Part shown: piece after piece, positions 63,261-64,000 of the stretch | How the letters are laid out: every line of letters begins with the position of its first letter | How positions within the stretch are numbered: the first letter of the stretch is position 1 | Source: Alphaproteobacteria bacterium | GTDB lineage: Bacteria > Pseudomonadota > Alphaproteobacteria > BOG-932 > Roseiterribacteraceae | Assembly (NCBI GenBank): GCA_035493715.1 | Contig: DATJHU010000050.1 | Span: 2,481 to 66,480, forward strand | DNA: 64,000 bases | Reading direction: 5' to 3' | Notes under the pieces: model-generated | Database searches by the model: none | What the model was told of the DNA's origin: nothing | What the model saw: the letters and a program-made list of their open reading frames with translations, nothing else | Program-made: the position numbers and the translations under genes

Positions 63261-64000
63261 CTACCGGCGTTCGACGGCCGCCAAGGGCGCAGCGACGTCC
63301 TCAAGCGATCGGCGTTCGGATTTCAGCCCGATGGCCAGCTCCACAAGCGCCGCGCCGATCATCAGCGCCGCCGCGAACAGATAGCCGTGATAGAGCGGCG
63401 CGCTGCCCCCCGCTGCGATCAGTTGGCCGAACACCAATGGCCCGGCGATCCCACCGACGGCCGTACCCAGCGCATAGAAGATCGCGATCGCAAGCGCCCG
63501 CGTCTCCAGCGGGAAGCTTTCGCCGACCGTGAGATAGGCAGCACTGGCGGCCGGGGAAGCGAAGAAGAACACGGCGGCGAAGAAAGCGGTCAGGCTGACC
63601 GCGGTCAGGTCGCCCTGGACGAACAGCCAGCCGGCCGCAGCCAACAGCAGGCCGGAAATCGCATAGGTCGCGGCGATCATCGGCCGCCGTCCCAGCGTGT
63701 CGAACAGCGGTCCGAGCAGCAGCGGCCCCAGCGCGTTGGTGATCGAGAAAGGCAGCAGATAGAGCCCGACCTTCGGCGCCGGCACCTGGAAGAAACGCCC
63801 CAGCACCAGCGCGTAGGTGAAGAAGATGGCGTTGTAGAGGAACGCTTGCGACGCCATAAGCGTCAGCCCCAGAAGGGCGCGGCGCGGATAGATGCGGAAC
63901 AGGGCGACGGCCACCTCGGCGATCCGCGCGTGACCGCGCTGCCGGAAGCGGAAGGTCCCTGGCGGAACGGCGGGCAGCGCCGCGCCCGATTCCCGAACGC
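63261..64000 (-). CDS. MFS transporter, C-terminal part (runs off window end)
   Basis: SQAFLYNAIFFTY, FDTLGRR, AYLTVGESFPLETRALAIAIFY. Confidence 0.88.
   Translation of the reverse strand, partial: VRESGAALPAVPPGTFRFRQRGHARIAEVAVALFRIYPRRALLGLTLMASQAFLYNAIFFTYALVLGRFFQVPAPKVGLYLLPFSITNALGPLLLGPLFDTLGRRPMIAATYAISGLLLAAAGWLFVQGDLTAVSLTAFFAAVFFFASPAASAAYLTVGESFPLETRALAIAIFYALGTAVGGIAGPLVFGQLIAAGGSAPLYHGYLFAAALMIGAALVELAIGLKSERRSLEDVAAPLAAVERR

Overview
High-GC window from an alphaproteobacterial chromosome (gcrA, phasin, petP/petR-type cluster and NADP-icd suggest a Rhodospirillales-like organism). The left half (about 1-31 kb) is accessory: a Cache/4xPAS hybrid kinase, two tandem secreted paralogs with GH64/thaumatin-like motifs, a P450, a vapBC module, an ArsR-SRPBCC-DUF899 operon, a secreted TIM-barrel glycosidase, an AIDA-repeat adhesin with no beta-barrel, and many small detox genes (five SAM methyltransferases, two VOC, GNAT, DoxX, TMEM175, 2OG oxygenase). 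The right half is mostly housekeeping: icd, gcrA, ECF/anti-sigma, alpha-2-macroglobulin, folP/folK, moxR, alaS, glcD, surE, a PfkB kinase, phasin, an OmpR/EnvZ pair and ilvE. The best candidates for new biology are (1) a three-gene cassette at 31.3-33.2 kb with a Braun/OprI-like lipoprotein, an anchoring-type L,D-transpeptidase and a DpaA-type release enzyme, which is unexpected for an alphaproteobacterium; (2) the duplicated GH64-like secreted proteins with a position-conserved upstream motif; and (3) an alpha-2-macroglobulin that lacks the thioester motif and has no pbpC partner. No rRNA, tRNA, CRISPR array, transposase or integrase was recognised. All family calls come from motif recognition by eye, not from database searches.
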